A stretch of DNA of 32,931 bases, from contig JALUTT010000109.1 in NCBI GenBank assembly GCA_027021705.1, positions 1-32,931 on the forward strand, given 5' to 3'. This document shows positions 1 to 8,347 of this stretch, one piece after another; positions within the stretch are counted from its first letter, which is position 1; every line of letters starts with the position of its first letter. A program made the position numbers and the translations under genes. This DNA comes from Anaerolineae bacterium. GTDB lineage: Bacteria; Chloroflexota; Anaerolineae; S140-20. The notes beneath the pieces were generated by a model. That model saw only the letters and a list, made by a program, of their open reading frames with translations. It made no database searches and was not told the DNA's origin.

Positions 1-1500
1 ACCCTGACGCCGACGGCGACGGCATCGCCGACGCCACCGAGGGAACCGGCGACGCCGACAACGACGGCACCCCCAACTACCTAGACCCTGACGCCGACGG
101 CGACGGCATCGCCGACGCCACCGAGGGCACCGGCGACGCCGATAACGACGGCACCCCCAACTTCCTGGATACCGACGCCGACGGCGACGGCATTCCCGAC
201 GCCACCGAGGGAACCGGCGACGCCGACAACGACGGCACCCCCAACTTCCTGGACGCCAACGATACAGACGGTCCCGATGCCGATCAAGACGGAGATGGGC
301 TGACCAACGGTCAGGAAGCCGCCATCGGGACCAACCCCAACATCCCCGACTCCGATGGTGATGGAATAGACGACGCTACCGAGGTCGGTGATCCCTCCAA
401 TCCGGCAGATACAGACGGCGATGGGACCATAGACGCCCTGGACACCGATTCCGACGGTGATGGCATTCCCGACGCCGACGAGGGCACCGGCGACGCCGAC
501 AACGACGGCACCCCCAACTACCTGGACACCGATGCCGACGGTGATGGCATTCCCGACGCCGACGAGGGCACTGGCGACGCCGACAACGACGGCACCCCCA
601 ACTACCTGGATACCGACGCCGACGGTGACACCATCCCCGACGCTACCGAGGGAACCGATGACGCCGACAACGACGGCACCCCCAACTTCCTGGATACCGA
701 CGCCGACGGTGACGGCATTCCCGACGCCACCGAGGGAACCGGCGACACCGACAACGACGGTATCCCCAACTACCTAGACCCTGACGCCGACGGCGACGGC
801 ATTCCCGACGCCACCGAGGGCACCAGCGACGCCGATAACGACGGCACCCCCAACTTCCTGGATACCGACGCCGACGGCGACGGCATTCCCGACGCCACCG
901 AGGGCACCAGCGACGCCGACAACGACGGCACCCCCAACTTCCTGGACGCCAACGATACAGACGGTCCCGATGCCGATCAAGACGGAGATGGGCTGACCAA
1001 CGGTCAGGAAGCCGCCATCGGGACCAACCCCAACATCCCCGACTCCGATGGTGATGGAATAGACGACGCTACCGAGGTCGGTGATCCCTCCAATCCGGCA
1101 GATACAGACGGCGATGGGACCATAGACGCCCTGGACACCGATTCCGACGGTGATGGCATTCCCGACGCCGACGAGGGCACCGGCGACGCCGACAACGACG
1201 GCACCCCCAACTACCTGGACACCGATTCCGACGGTGATGGCATTCCCGACGCCGACGAGGGCACCGGCGACGCCGACAACGACGGCATCCCCAACTACCT
1301 GGACACCGATGCCGATGGCGACGGCATCCCCGACGCTACCGAGGGAACCGGCGACGCCGACAACGACGGCATCCCCAACTACCTGGACACCGACGCCGAC
1401 GGTGACGGCATTCCCGACGCCACCGAGGGAACCGGCGACACCGACAACGACGGCATCCCCAACTACCTAGACCCTGACGCCGACGGCGACGGCATCCCTG
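1..1500 (+). repeat. Intragenic 84-bp (28 aa) tandem repeats with a 693-bp higher-order duplication
   Basis: accctgacgcc recurs at 1 and 85. Near-identical shadow ORFs are offset by exactly 693 bp (77/770, 311/1004, 457/1150). Confidence 0.92.
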
Positions 1501-1571
1501 ACAACCAAGACCCTGACCCGACGACCGCAAACTATACCGTCTACTTACCGCTCGTCGTCCGCACACCCTGA
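3..1571 (+). CDS. 3' part of a large Asp-rich surface protein with thrombospondin type 3-like Ca-binding repeats (5' end outside window)
   Basis: Frame starting at base 3 reads [28 protein letters not shown] repeatedly and ends [29 protein letters not shown] (1569-1571). Absent from the ORF track because it has no start in the window. Confidence 0.9.
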   Translation, partial: PDADGDGIADATEGTGDADNDGTPNYLDPDADGDGIADATEGTGDADNDGTPNFLDTDADGDGIPDATEGTGDADNDGTPNFLDANDTDGPDADQDGDGLTNGQEAAIGTNPNIPDSDGDGIDDATEVGDPSNPADTDGDGTIDALDTDSDGDGIPDADEGTGDADNDGTPNYLDTDADGDGIPDADEGTGDADNDGTPNYLDTDADGDTIPDATEGTDDADNDGTPNFLDTDADGDGIPDATEGTGDTDNDGIPNYLDPDADGDGIPDATEGTSDADNDGTPNFLDTDADGDGIPDATEGTSDADNDGTPNFLDANDTDGPDADQDGDGLTNGQEAAIGTNPNIPDSDGDGIDDATEVGDPSNPADTDGDGTIDALDTDSDGDGIPDADEGTGDADNDGTPNYLDTDSDGDGIPDADEGTGDADNDGIPNYLDTDADGDGIPDATEGTGDADNDGIPNYLDTDADGDGIPDATEGTGDTDNDGIPNYLDPDADGDGIPDNQDPDPTTANYTVYLPLVVRTP

Positions 1572-1585
1572 TGAAGAGTAGGCCA

Positions 1586-1618
1586 GGTGTCCGATGCTTC
1601 GGGAGAGCATCGGACACC
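1586..1618. repeat. Perfect 13-bp palindrome, REP-like or terminator
   Basis: ggtgtccgatgct-tcgggag-agcatcggacacc just after the repeat-protein stop; no U-tract. Confidence 0.7.
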
Positions 1619-1716
1619 CTATACCGACTGGTTCAAACAATCCAGAGCTGCCGGGGGAACTCTATATGCCTTGGGCCCCGATCCTCCCGGCAGCAGAAAG
1701 GACAACGGGGACGACG

Positions 1717-2418
1717 ATGGGATACAACCTACGGCGAATCGGAGCACTGATCCAGGATGTACGCACATTAGCTGCACAACGCAATTGGAGAGCGGCATGG
1801 CAGTATGCCTGGCAGATGCTGGTCACCGCTCCTTACCGGCGCATCGAGTTTATCGTCTTCGCTCGTTCGCTAGACCAACCGATCCCCGAGGTGCAGCCTC
1901 TAGTACCCGTCACCATCCGCCTGGCGACCCTGGAAGACATACCACGGTTCGAGAAGATCGTCCTTCCCTCAGCCGTGCGTCGCTTTGTGAACCGCATAGC
2001 CCACAACCGCCTTTGCTTCGTTGCCCTACATCACACCGACATCGTCGCCTATTGCTGGGCAACCCCCGAGGTCAGGCCCGACGTGGACAACATAAGTCTG
2101 GACCTGGAACCCCACGACATCTACTTCGACGATGCCTACACGGTGCCTGCCTACCGCCGGCGAAAGTTGCAGACGGCCGTCCACCTCTACCGTATGCGGT
2201 ACGTGAAGCAAATGGGCTTTCGCCGGGCGGTCTTGATTGTGGACATTCACAATCACGCCTCACTAGCCTTGGTGCAGAAGCTAGGGTATCGGGAGATCGG
2301 CAAGGTGACCTTTGTTCGGATCTTGGGCAAACGGTGGTATCTTTGGTCACCCGCCCCGGAGGAAACGACTCTGCTCCCCAAGGCCGACCCCGCCACTGGG
2401 AAGAGAACCCCGGTATGA
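1717..2418 (+). CDS. GNAT family N-acetyltransferase
   Basis: Motif A-like DAYTVPAYRRRKL and NHASLALVQKLGY. ATG 1717 preferred because ATG 1594 lies inside a palindrome; start uncertain. Confidence 0.75.
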   Translation: MGYNLRRIGALIQDVRTLAAQRNWRAAWQYAWQMLVTAPYRRIEFIVFARSLDQPIPEVQPLVPVTIRLATLEDIPRFEKIVLPSAVRRFVNRIAHNRLCFVALHHTDIVAYCWATPEVRPDVDNISLDLEPHDIYFDDAYTVPAYRRRKLQTAVHLYRMRYVKQMGFRRAVLIVDIHNHASLALVQKLGYREIGKVTFVRILGKRWYLWSPAPEETTLLPKADPATGKRTPV

Positions 2419-2445
2419 GGGATTGGCAAGGGGTTTCCAGCGACC

Positions 2446-2700
2446 GTGAAGGGAAGGGATCATCTGGTGCTCAGAGAGCCTATCTTCATCATCGGCACAG
2501 GAAGATGTGGGTCTACGGCGCTTCATCGCTTGTGCGCCCGCCATCCTCGGCTAGCTTGGCTATCCCAGTGGTGTGATCTGCATCCCGACAAACCCTACCT
2601 GAACCGGCTAGCCCTGCAGGTCTTAAGCACTCCCCTTCTGTCCCGCTACGCTCGGAAGGTCGTATACCCTTCAGAGGGGTATCGTTTCTGGGATCACCTA
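2446..2700 (+). pseudogene. Truncated sulfotransferase (N-terminal part only)
   Basis: PIFIIGTGRCGSTALHRL matches the 5'-PSB loop of PAPS-dependent sulfotransferases. After SEGYRFWDH the frame turns non-protein-like and overlaps the next gene. Confidence 0.65.
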
Positions 2701-2860
2701 CGGATACCTCTGAGGGAGCGTACCGAACGCTTGCTTTGTTTGCCGGCTGCCCGGCCCTGTCCGAGCCCAAGCTCTCGGGTGAGGAAGGCAGAGCACCGGG
2801 CTTGTAGAAGGAACACGGCATACGTGATGGCTGCCGCACTATACGGCGCGGAGGATAGAC

Positions 2861-3898
2861 ATGGACACTGTACGAGTTGGAGTCATCGGGGTCGGCACGA
2901 TGGGCGCGCGGCATTGCCGGGTTTACGCCAACCTGCGTGGGGTCCAGGTGGTCGGCGTCGCCGACCTCAACGCCGAGCGGGGCAAGGCGGTCGCCGCCCA
3001 GCACGAGACCCGTTACTTCGAGGATCATCGTCGGTTGCTGGAGGAAGTGGATGCCGTCAGCATCGCCACCACCACCCCCTCCCACTTCCACCTGGCCGTG
3101 GAATCGCTGGAGCAGGGTGTCCACACACTGGTGGAGAAGCCCATCACCCAGACCGTCGCCCAGGCGGAGCATCTGGTTGAGCTGGCCCGCATCCGGGGGG
3201 TGGTCCTCCAGGTGGGGCATATCGAACGCTTCAACCCGGCCTTCACCGAACTCAAGCACGTCACCGAGCGGATGCGGCTCATCGCCGTCACAATGCGCCG
3301 GCTCAGCCCCTTCGACCTGAGCAACACCGACGTGGACGTGATCCGCGACCTGATGATCCACGACCTGGACCTGGCCCTGGACCTGGTGCCCTCCCCCTTG
3401 GAGGGAATCAGCGCTTGGGGACGCACCTCCCACACCGGGGCCATAGACCACGCGGTGGTCAACCTCTCCTTCGAGGACGGCCCCATCATCACCTTGGTCG
3501 CCTCCCGGGTGACGGAGCAGAAGGTCCGAGCCGTGGAGGTGATTGCCGAGGGGGCCTACATCGAGGCCGACTTGCTGGGCAAGAGCCTGAGCATCCACCG
3601 GCGCACCTTCCCTCAATACCTGAACAACCACAACGACGCGGTGAAGTATCGCCAGGAGAGCATCATCGAGCGCATCCACGTGCCGATGATGGAACCGTTG
3701 ATGTTGGAGTTGCGCCACTTCGTGGAGTGCGTGCGAGAGGGGAAGGAGAGCAGGGTGCCGGGGCGTGACGGCCTGCGGGCGCTGCGCATGGCCGAGGTCG
3801 TGACCGAACTGATCCAACGGCCCCGGGTCTTCTCCTTTGCCACCGCCTTCCCCTTGGAAAGACGCGGCTCGGTGGTGCCGATCCAAGAACCGGTTTGA
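2861..3898 (+). CDS. Gfo/Idh/MocA family oxidoreductase (GnnA/WlbA-like sugar-nucleotide dehydrogenase)
   Basis: GVIGVGTMG Rossmann motif, VEKP, VGHIERFNPA, DLMIHDLD; SD ggagga upstream. Confidence 0.9.
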   Translation: MDTVRVGVIGVGTMGARHCRVYANLRGVQVVGVADLNAERGKAVAAQHETRYFEDHRRLLEEVDAVSIATTTPSHFHLAVESLEQGVHTLVEKPITQTVAQAEHLVELARIRGVVLQVGHIERFNPAFTELKHVTERMRLIAVTMRRLSPFDLSNTDVDVIRDLMIHDLDLALDLVPSPLEGISAWGRTSHTGAIDHAVVNLSFEDGPIITLVASRVTEQKVRAVEVIAEGAYIEADLLGKSLSIHRRTFPQYLNNHNDAVKYRQESIIERIHVPMMEPLMLELRHFVECVREGKESRVPGRDGLRALRMAEVVTELIQRPRVFSFATAFPLERRGSVVPIQEPV

Positions 3899-3907
3899 CC
3901 CCGTAAC

Positions 3908-4008
3908 AGACCTCTGAGGTCTCGAGAAGAGCCTGCCGGTGGCGAGACGAAGGCGGTTCTGGCCGCATGGCGGCTCCAAAGGCCGCCTGTCGAGGACCTC
4001 GGAGGTCT
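3908..4008. repeat. ~100-bp REPIN-like unit between convergent genes
   Basis: Ends agacctctgaggtct (3908-3922) and ggacctcggaggtct (3994-4008) are each quasi-palindromic and inverted to each other. Confidence 0.65.
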
Positions 4009-5383
4009 ATGGTTTCACCAAGGCCAGTCCAACCGCCTCCCTCAGCGAGCGGACCGGGATCACTTCCAGCCCCTCGGGTGCTTCCTCCACCGGCCGCCGG
4101 CTCCATGGGACCAGACAGCGGCGGAAGCCCAGCTTGGCCGCCTCCTTCAGCCGTGCCGCCAACTGGGAGACGGCCCTCAGTTCTCCCGACAGCCCCACCT
4201 CGCCGATGAAGGCCAGGTCCGCCGCCACCGGCCGGTCGTGCACGCTGCTGGCCACGGCCACCGCCACCGCCAGGTCCACCGCCGGCTCCTCGACCCGCAG
4301 CCCCCCCACCACGTTGACGAAGACATCCTGGTCGGACAGGCGCAACCCCACCCGCCGGCTCAGGACCGCCACCAACAGCAGCAGCCGGTTGAAATCCACC
4401 CCGTTGGCCGTCCGGCGGGGATGGCCGAAGCTGGTCGTGCTCACCAGCGCCTGGACCTCCACCAGCAGGGGACGGGTTCCTTCCATCGTCACGGCGATGG
4501 CCGACCCCGGCGCGTTCACCATCCGCTCCGCCAGGAAGACCTCCGACGGATTGGGCACCTCCACCAGCCCCTCGCTGCGCATCTCGAAGACCCCCACCTC
4601 CGACGTCGCCCCGAAGCGGTTCTTCACGCTGCGCAGCAGCCGATAGGCGTGGAAACGGTCCCCCTCCAGGTAGAGCACCGTGTCCACGATGTGCTCCAGA
4701 ACCTTGGGGCCGGCGATGGCCCCTTCCTTCGTCACGTGTCCCACCAGAAAGACGGCCACCCCCGTCTGTTTGGCCCACCCCTGCAGCCGGGCCGCCACCT
4801 CCCGGACCTGGCTGATGCTGCCCGGCGCTGATTCCAGAGCGTCGGTGTAGGCCGTCTGGATGGAGTCCACCACCAGCAGCCAGGGCTTCACCTCTTCCAC
4901 GTGGCGCAGGATGGTCTCCAGGTGGGTCTCGGTGACGACGAGCAGGCGAGGCGTCTGGATCCCCAACCGATCCGCCCGCATCTTGATCTGACGGGCCGAC
5001 TCCTCGCCGGAGACGTAGAGCACCGGCCCCTTCCGGTCATCGGCCACCATCGCGGCGACCTGGAGCAGGAGGGTGGACTTCCCAATGCCGGGGTCCCCCC
5101 CCAGCAGGACCAGGGAGCCGGGCACAACGCCCCCTCCCAGCACCCGGGCGAACTCGGCCATAGGCAGGGGGACCCGCTCCAGGCCGTCGGCGCGGATCTC
5201 CGGCAGCGGTGTGGGACGGCTCTGAGGCAGGCCGGCGATCCGGCGATGGCGGGGGGAGGGAGCGGGGGCTTCCACCTCCTCCACCATCGTGTTCCACTCG
5301 CCGCAGGAAGGACAGCGCCCGAAGTAACGGGGGCTGCGCCGGCCACACTTCTGACAGACGTAGGTGGTGCGCGATTTGGACAT
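4007..5383 (-). CDS. radA: DNA repair protein RadA/Sms
   Basis: C4 zinc finger CQKC..CPSC, Walker A GDPGIGKST, KNRFG motif, Lon-like C-terminus; ATG 5383 with SD gaggag. Confidence 0.97.
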   Translation of the reverse strand: MSKSRTTYVCQKCGRRSPRYFGRCPSCGEWNTMVEEVEAPAPSPRHRRIAGLPQSRPTPLPEIRADGLERVPLPMAEFARVLGGGVVPGSLVLLGGDPGIGKSTLLLQVAAMVADDRKGPVLYVSGEESARQIKMRADRLGIQTPRLLVVTETHLETILRHVEEVKPWLLVVDSIQTAYTDALESAPGSISQVREVAARLQGWAKQTGVAVFLVGHVTKEGAIAGPKVLEHIVDTVLYLEGDRFHAYRLLRSVKNRFGATSEVGVFEMRSEGLVEVPNPSEVFLAERMVNAPGSAIAVTMEGTRPLLVEVQALVSTTSFGHPRRTANGVDFNRLLLLVAVLSRRVGLRLSDQDVFVNVVGGLRVEEPAVDLAVAVAVASSVHDRPVAADLAFIGEVGLSGELRAVSQLAARLKEAAKLGFRRCLVPWSRRPVEEAPEGLEVIPVRSLREAVGLALVKP

Positions 5384-5420
5384 CGGGGAGCTCCTCTGGG
5401 CAGAGATCGGTCGCCCCCTT

Positions 5421-5449
5421 ATGATAACCGAACATCGGTTCCAGGGCAA
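5421..5449 (-). promoter_or_regulatory. radA sigma70-type promoter with LexA box in the spacer
   Basis: Minus strand TTGCCC-N17-TATCAT; GAAC-ATCG-GTTC at 5430-5441 matches the GAAC-N4-GTTC SOS box. Confidence 0.75.
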
Positions 5450-5480
5450 GAGCAGTCAGGGCGTTCAATGCTCTATTGCC

Positions 5481-5577
5481 ACCCTCCCGCAGGCCCCGCA
5501 GTGCCCGGCGATAGCAGTGGCTTATCGGAGGCTGCCTACGGGGCGCTCCAGGCCGTGGGGGGAACCTGCGGGAGGGT
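5481..5577 (+). repeat. 97-bp unit A1 with terminal inverted repeats accctcccgcagg / cctgcgggagggt
   Basis: Perfect 13-bp TIR; interior resembles the minus strand of 11117-11198. Confidence 0.8.
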
Positions 5578-5624
5578 GCCCCCGCAAGGGCTGGAGCACG
5601 GAAAAGCCCTGGGCGGTGCGGCTC

Positions 5625-5653
5625 TTGACTTCTCCGGCCTGAAATGCTATAGT
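5625..5653 (+). promoter_or_regulatory. sigma70-type promoter for the DUF2207/two-component operon
   Basis: TTGACT-N17-TATAGT with extended -10 TG. Confidence 0.7.
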
Positions 5654-5667
5654 TGTGCTACAGTCTG

Positions 5668-5777
5668 TTCAGCCTACCCTCCCGCAGGTCACCGGTCGAG
5701 GGCGCTTTCAGCCCCGATGGGCTATTTGGAAGCACGGTCTCGCGTCGGAAACGCGCCTAACCTGCAGGAGGGTGAAC
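5668..5777 (+). repeat. 110-bp unit A2 (TIR-bounded core 5676-5773), candidate structured leader RNA or MITE
   Basis: Differs from the reverse complement of 10941-11049 by 4 substitutions and 1 indel; 14-bp TIR with one mismatch. Confidence 0.9.
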
Positions 5778-5861
5778 CGTTACGTGCTACATACCGTGGA
5801 TGAAAGGACATGGAGTGGTTGAAGAGTCAACCAGGTTGGAACTGTGGGAGGTGAAGAAACG

Positions 5862-7580
5862 ATGCGACGAGGCCTTTATCGGCGAGCTTTCAGACCCATC
5901 AAACGGTTTCCGGTCATCCTTGTCTTCCTTCTCCTCCTTTTCGGGCTGGCGGTGCCCACCCTGGCTCAGGAGAAGGTCTACGAGATCGCCAACTACGACG
6001 TGGACCTGGTGCTGCGCCCCGATGGTTCCTACCGGGTGACGGAGCGGATCACCTTCGACTTTCAACAGGGGAGCTTCACCTTCGCCACCCGTAACATCCC
6101 CTTGAGCAAGATTGACGCCATCGAGGAGATCCAGGTCCGCAGCGATGACGTGACTCTGCAGGAGATCACCCAGGAGGTGCGGAACGGGCAGCAGTGGATC
6201 CGCTGGACCTTCCCACCCCGCACCGGCCCTACCACCTTCACCCTCGCCTACACGGTCTACGGAGCCCTCTTCGAGGTCGAAGACCAGAACCGGGTGGATT
6301 GGGACGCCGTCGGCACCGGCTGGTCGGTCCCCATCTACGATGTGGACGTGCGGGTCGTCCTGCCGGCCTCCCTGGGCCTGGAGTCGGCGGACATCACCAT
6401 CGCCCCCGCCCGGGAAGGCCAGCTCACCGAGACGTCCGAGGGCTTCGTGGCCACCTTTCACTACGACCGGCTGCCACCGGGCACGGCCTATCGGGTGATC
6501 ATCGCCTTCCCCAAACGGCTGGAAGGGCGGCCCCTGACCCGCACCACCTGGCCGTTCGACTCCCGGACACTTGGCTTCGCCCTCCTCGCCGGTGCCCTCG
6601 GTGCCCTCCCGGGCGTCCTGGTCCTGCTCTCAGGTCGGCGCCCCCGCCTCCGGGTGACCGTCCTCGACCGGCCGGCCGTTCCTCTCCCCTGGGCGGCGGT
6701 GCTGCTGGGCCGTGGTCAGATGGCCTTCCCCGCCGTCCTCTTCGACCTGGCAGCTCGGGGTCACCTGACCCTGCGGCGGGTGAAGAGGAAGGTCTGGATC
6801 TTCCGTCCCAAGACCGTGGAGGTGGACTTCCACTCGGTCTCCGATCCGCTCACCGACTTTGAGCGGGCCTTCCTGGAAGAACTGCGGCGGTATGAACATC
6901 TCCAGCTCTTTGGACAGAAGGCCGGTCGCTTCCGCATCCGGATGATCAAGGCGGTGCGGAAGCAATTGGTTGCCGAGGGGTACTTGGAGGATCGCCAGAC
7001 CCTCGCCTACGTCTCCCTCTTCGCCGGCATCGCCGCCGACGTGATCGCCGCGCTGCTCGTCTTCCTCGCCTTCGCCTTCGCCCAGAGCTGGCCCGTCGTC
7101 CCGGCCGGCCTCCTCCTCGGCCTAGGAGCCAGCGGCGTGATGATCTTCGCCCGGCAGCAACACGTCCTGACGGAGCGGGGAGCCCGCCTCCGGGCCGAGA
7201 TCGAGGCTTATCTGGACAGGGTGCGCCGCCAGATCGAGGAACAGCGGGAGTACACGCCGGTCATCGCCGCCGAGACCTTTATCCGAGAGATGCCCTGGCT
7301 CATCCTGGACCGCCGCGTCAACCGAAGGTGGATCGCGAAGCTGGCCGACGCCCTAAAGAAGGCCAGTGAGCCACTGACGCTTCCGTCTTGGGTGGAAGAC
7401 CGGACGGACGAGAAGGTGAAGATGGCTACCCAGGCCTACATAGCCTTCCAGGTCTACGACCACGTGACCACCTCGGCCCGCGTCGCCGTCGTGCCCACCA
7501 GCAGCGGCGGCGGTGGAGGAGGCGGGGCCGGCGCCGGCGGCGGGGGCGGGGCCGGTGGCGGCGGCGGTGGAGCCGGCTGA
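5862..7580 (+). CDS. DUF2207-like predicted membrane protein
   Basis: Signal peptide, beta-rich N-domain (YDVDLVLRPDGSYRVTERITFDF; WDAVGTGW), LFDLAARGHL, TM helices, Gly-rich tail; SD ggaggtga. Confidence 0.85.
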   Translation: MRRGLYRRAFRPIKRFPVILVFLLLLFGLAVPTLAQEKVYEIANYDVDLVLRPDGSYRVTERITFDFQQGSFTFATRNIPLSKIDAIEEIQVRSDDVTLQEITQEVRNGQQWIRWTFPPRTGPTTFTLAYTVYGALFEVEDQNRVDWDAVGTGWSVPIYDVDVRVVLPASLGLESADITIAPAREGQLTETSEGFVATFHYDRLPPGTAYRVIIAFPKRLEGRPLTRTTWPFDSRTLGFALLAGALGALPGVLVLLSGRRPRLRVTVLDRPAVPLPWAAVLLGRGQMAFPAVLFDLAARGHLTLRRVKRKVWIFRPKTVEVDFHSVSDPLTDFERAFLEELRRYEHLQLFGQKAGRFRIRMIKAVRKQLVAEGYLEDRQTLAYVSLFAGIAADVIAALLVFLAFAFAQSWPVVPAGLLLGLGASGVMIFARQQHVLTERGARLRAEIEAYLDRVRRQIEEQREYTPVIAAETFIREMPWLILDRRVNRRWIAKLADALKKASEPLTLPSWVEDRTDEKVKMATQAYIAFQVYDHVTTSARVAVVPTSSGGGGGGGAGAGGGGGAGGGGGGAG

Positions 7581-7618
7581 AGAGCATTCGTCTCTACCAC
7601 CCATCCTGATGGACGCCT

Positions 7619-8347
7619 ATGAGCTCCGATCCCACCACCATCTTGCTGATCGAAGACGACCGGAGCATCGCCGAACCCCTGATCTTCGGACTCCAGGCCG
7701 AGGGCTATCGGGTGCTCCACGCCCCCGACGGCCGGCAAGGGCTGGAGATGGCCCGTCGGGAGCGCCCTGACCTGATCCTGCTGGATGTGATGCTCCCCGG
7801 CCTGAACGGCTTCACCCTCTGCCACACCTTGCGCCAGGAGTCAACCGTCCCCATCCTGATGCTCACCGCCCGGGGACAGGAGATGGACCGGGTGATGGGC
7901 TTGGAGCTGGGGGCCGACGACTACATCGTCAAGCCCTTCAGCTTCCGTGAATTGCTGGCCCGGGTCCGGGCGATACTCCGCCGGCGCGAACTGGACCGGG
8001 GGGAGGTCTCACCCCCTGCCGATCGCATCGTCGTCGGCGAGATCGTCCTGGACCGCACGGCCCGCCAGGTCTGGCGCTCCGGTCGCCCCGTTGAGCTCCG
8101 GCAACGGGAGTTCGACCTCCTCTGTGTGCTGATGGAGGAGACAGGCCGGGCCATGCCTCGTCAGGAACTGCTGGACCGGGTGTGGGGCGAGAACTGGATC
8201 GGTGACCCCCGCACCCTGGACGTGCACATCCGCTGGTTGCGAGAGAAGCTGGAAGATGACCCTTCAGCCCCCCGCTACATCCAAACCCTCCGGGGATACG
8301 GATACCGCTTTGTGGACCCGGATGCGTCACCGGCTGATTCCCCGTAG
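7619..8347 (+). CDS. OmpR/PhoB family response regulator
   Basis: LLIEDD, LLDVMLP, GADDYIVKPF, winged helix RTLDVHIRWLREKLE..TLRGYGY. Confidence 0.95.
   Translation: MSSDPTTILLIEDDRSIAEPLIFGLQAEGYRVLHAPDGRQGLEMARRERPDLILLDVMLPGLNGFTLCHTLRQESTVPILMLTARGQEMDRVMGLELGADDYIVKPFSFRELLARVRAILRRRELDRGEVSPPADRIVVGEIVLDRTARQVWRSGRPVELRQREFDLLCVLMEETGRAMPRQELLDRVWGENWIGDPRTLDVHIRWLREKLEDDPSAPRYIQTLRGYGYRFVDPDASPADSP

Noticed and set aside
1..1500. Regular repeats as a CRISPR array
   Set aside because: Units are in-frame 84-bp coding repeats without unique spacers, and no cas genes are present.
5481..5777. Units A1/A2 as SRP RNA, tRNA, or SAM-I or c-di-GMP riboswitch
   Set aside because: No SRP CAGG..GGAAG..AGCAG loop and no tRNA T-loop; cttatc in A1 is not followed by the SAM-I core; no GCAAA/GAAA c-di-GMP pattern.
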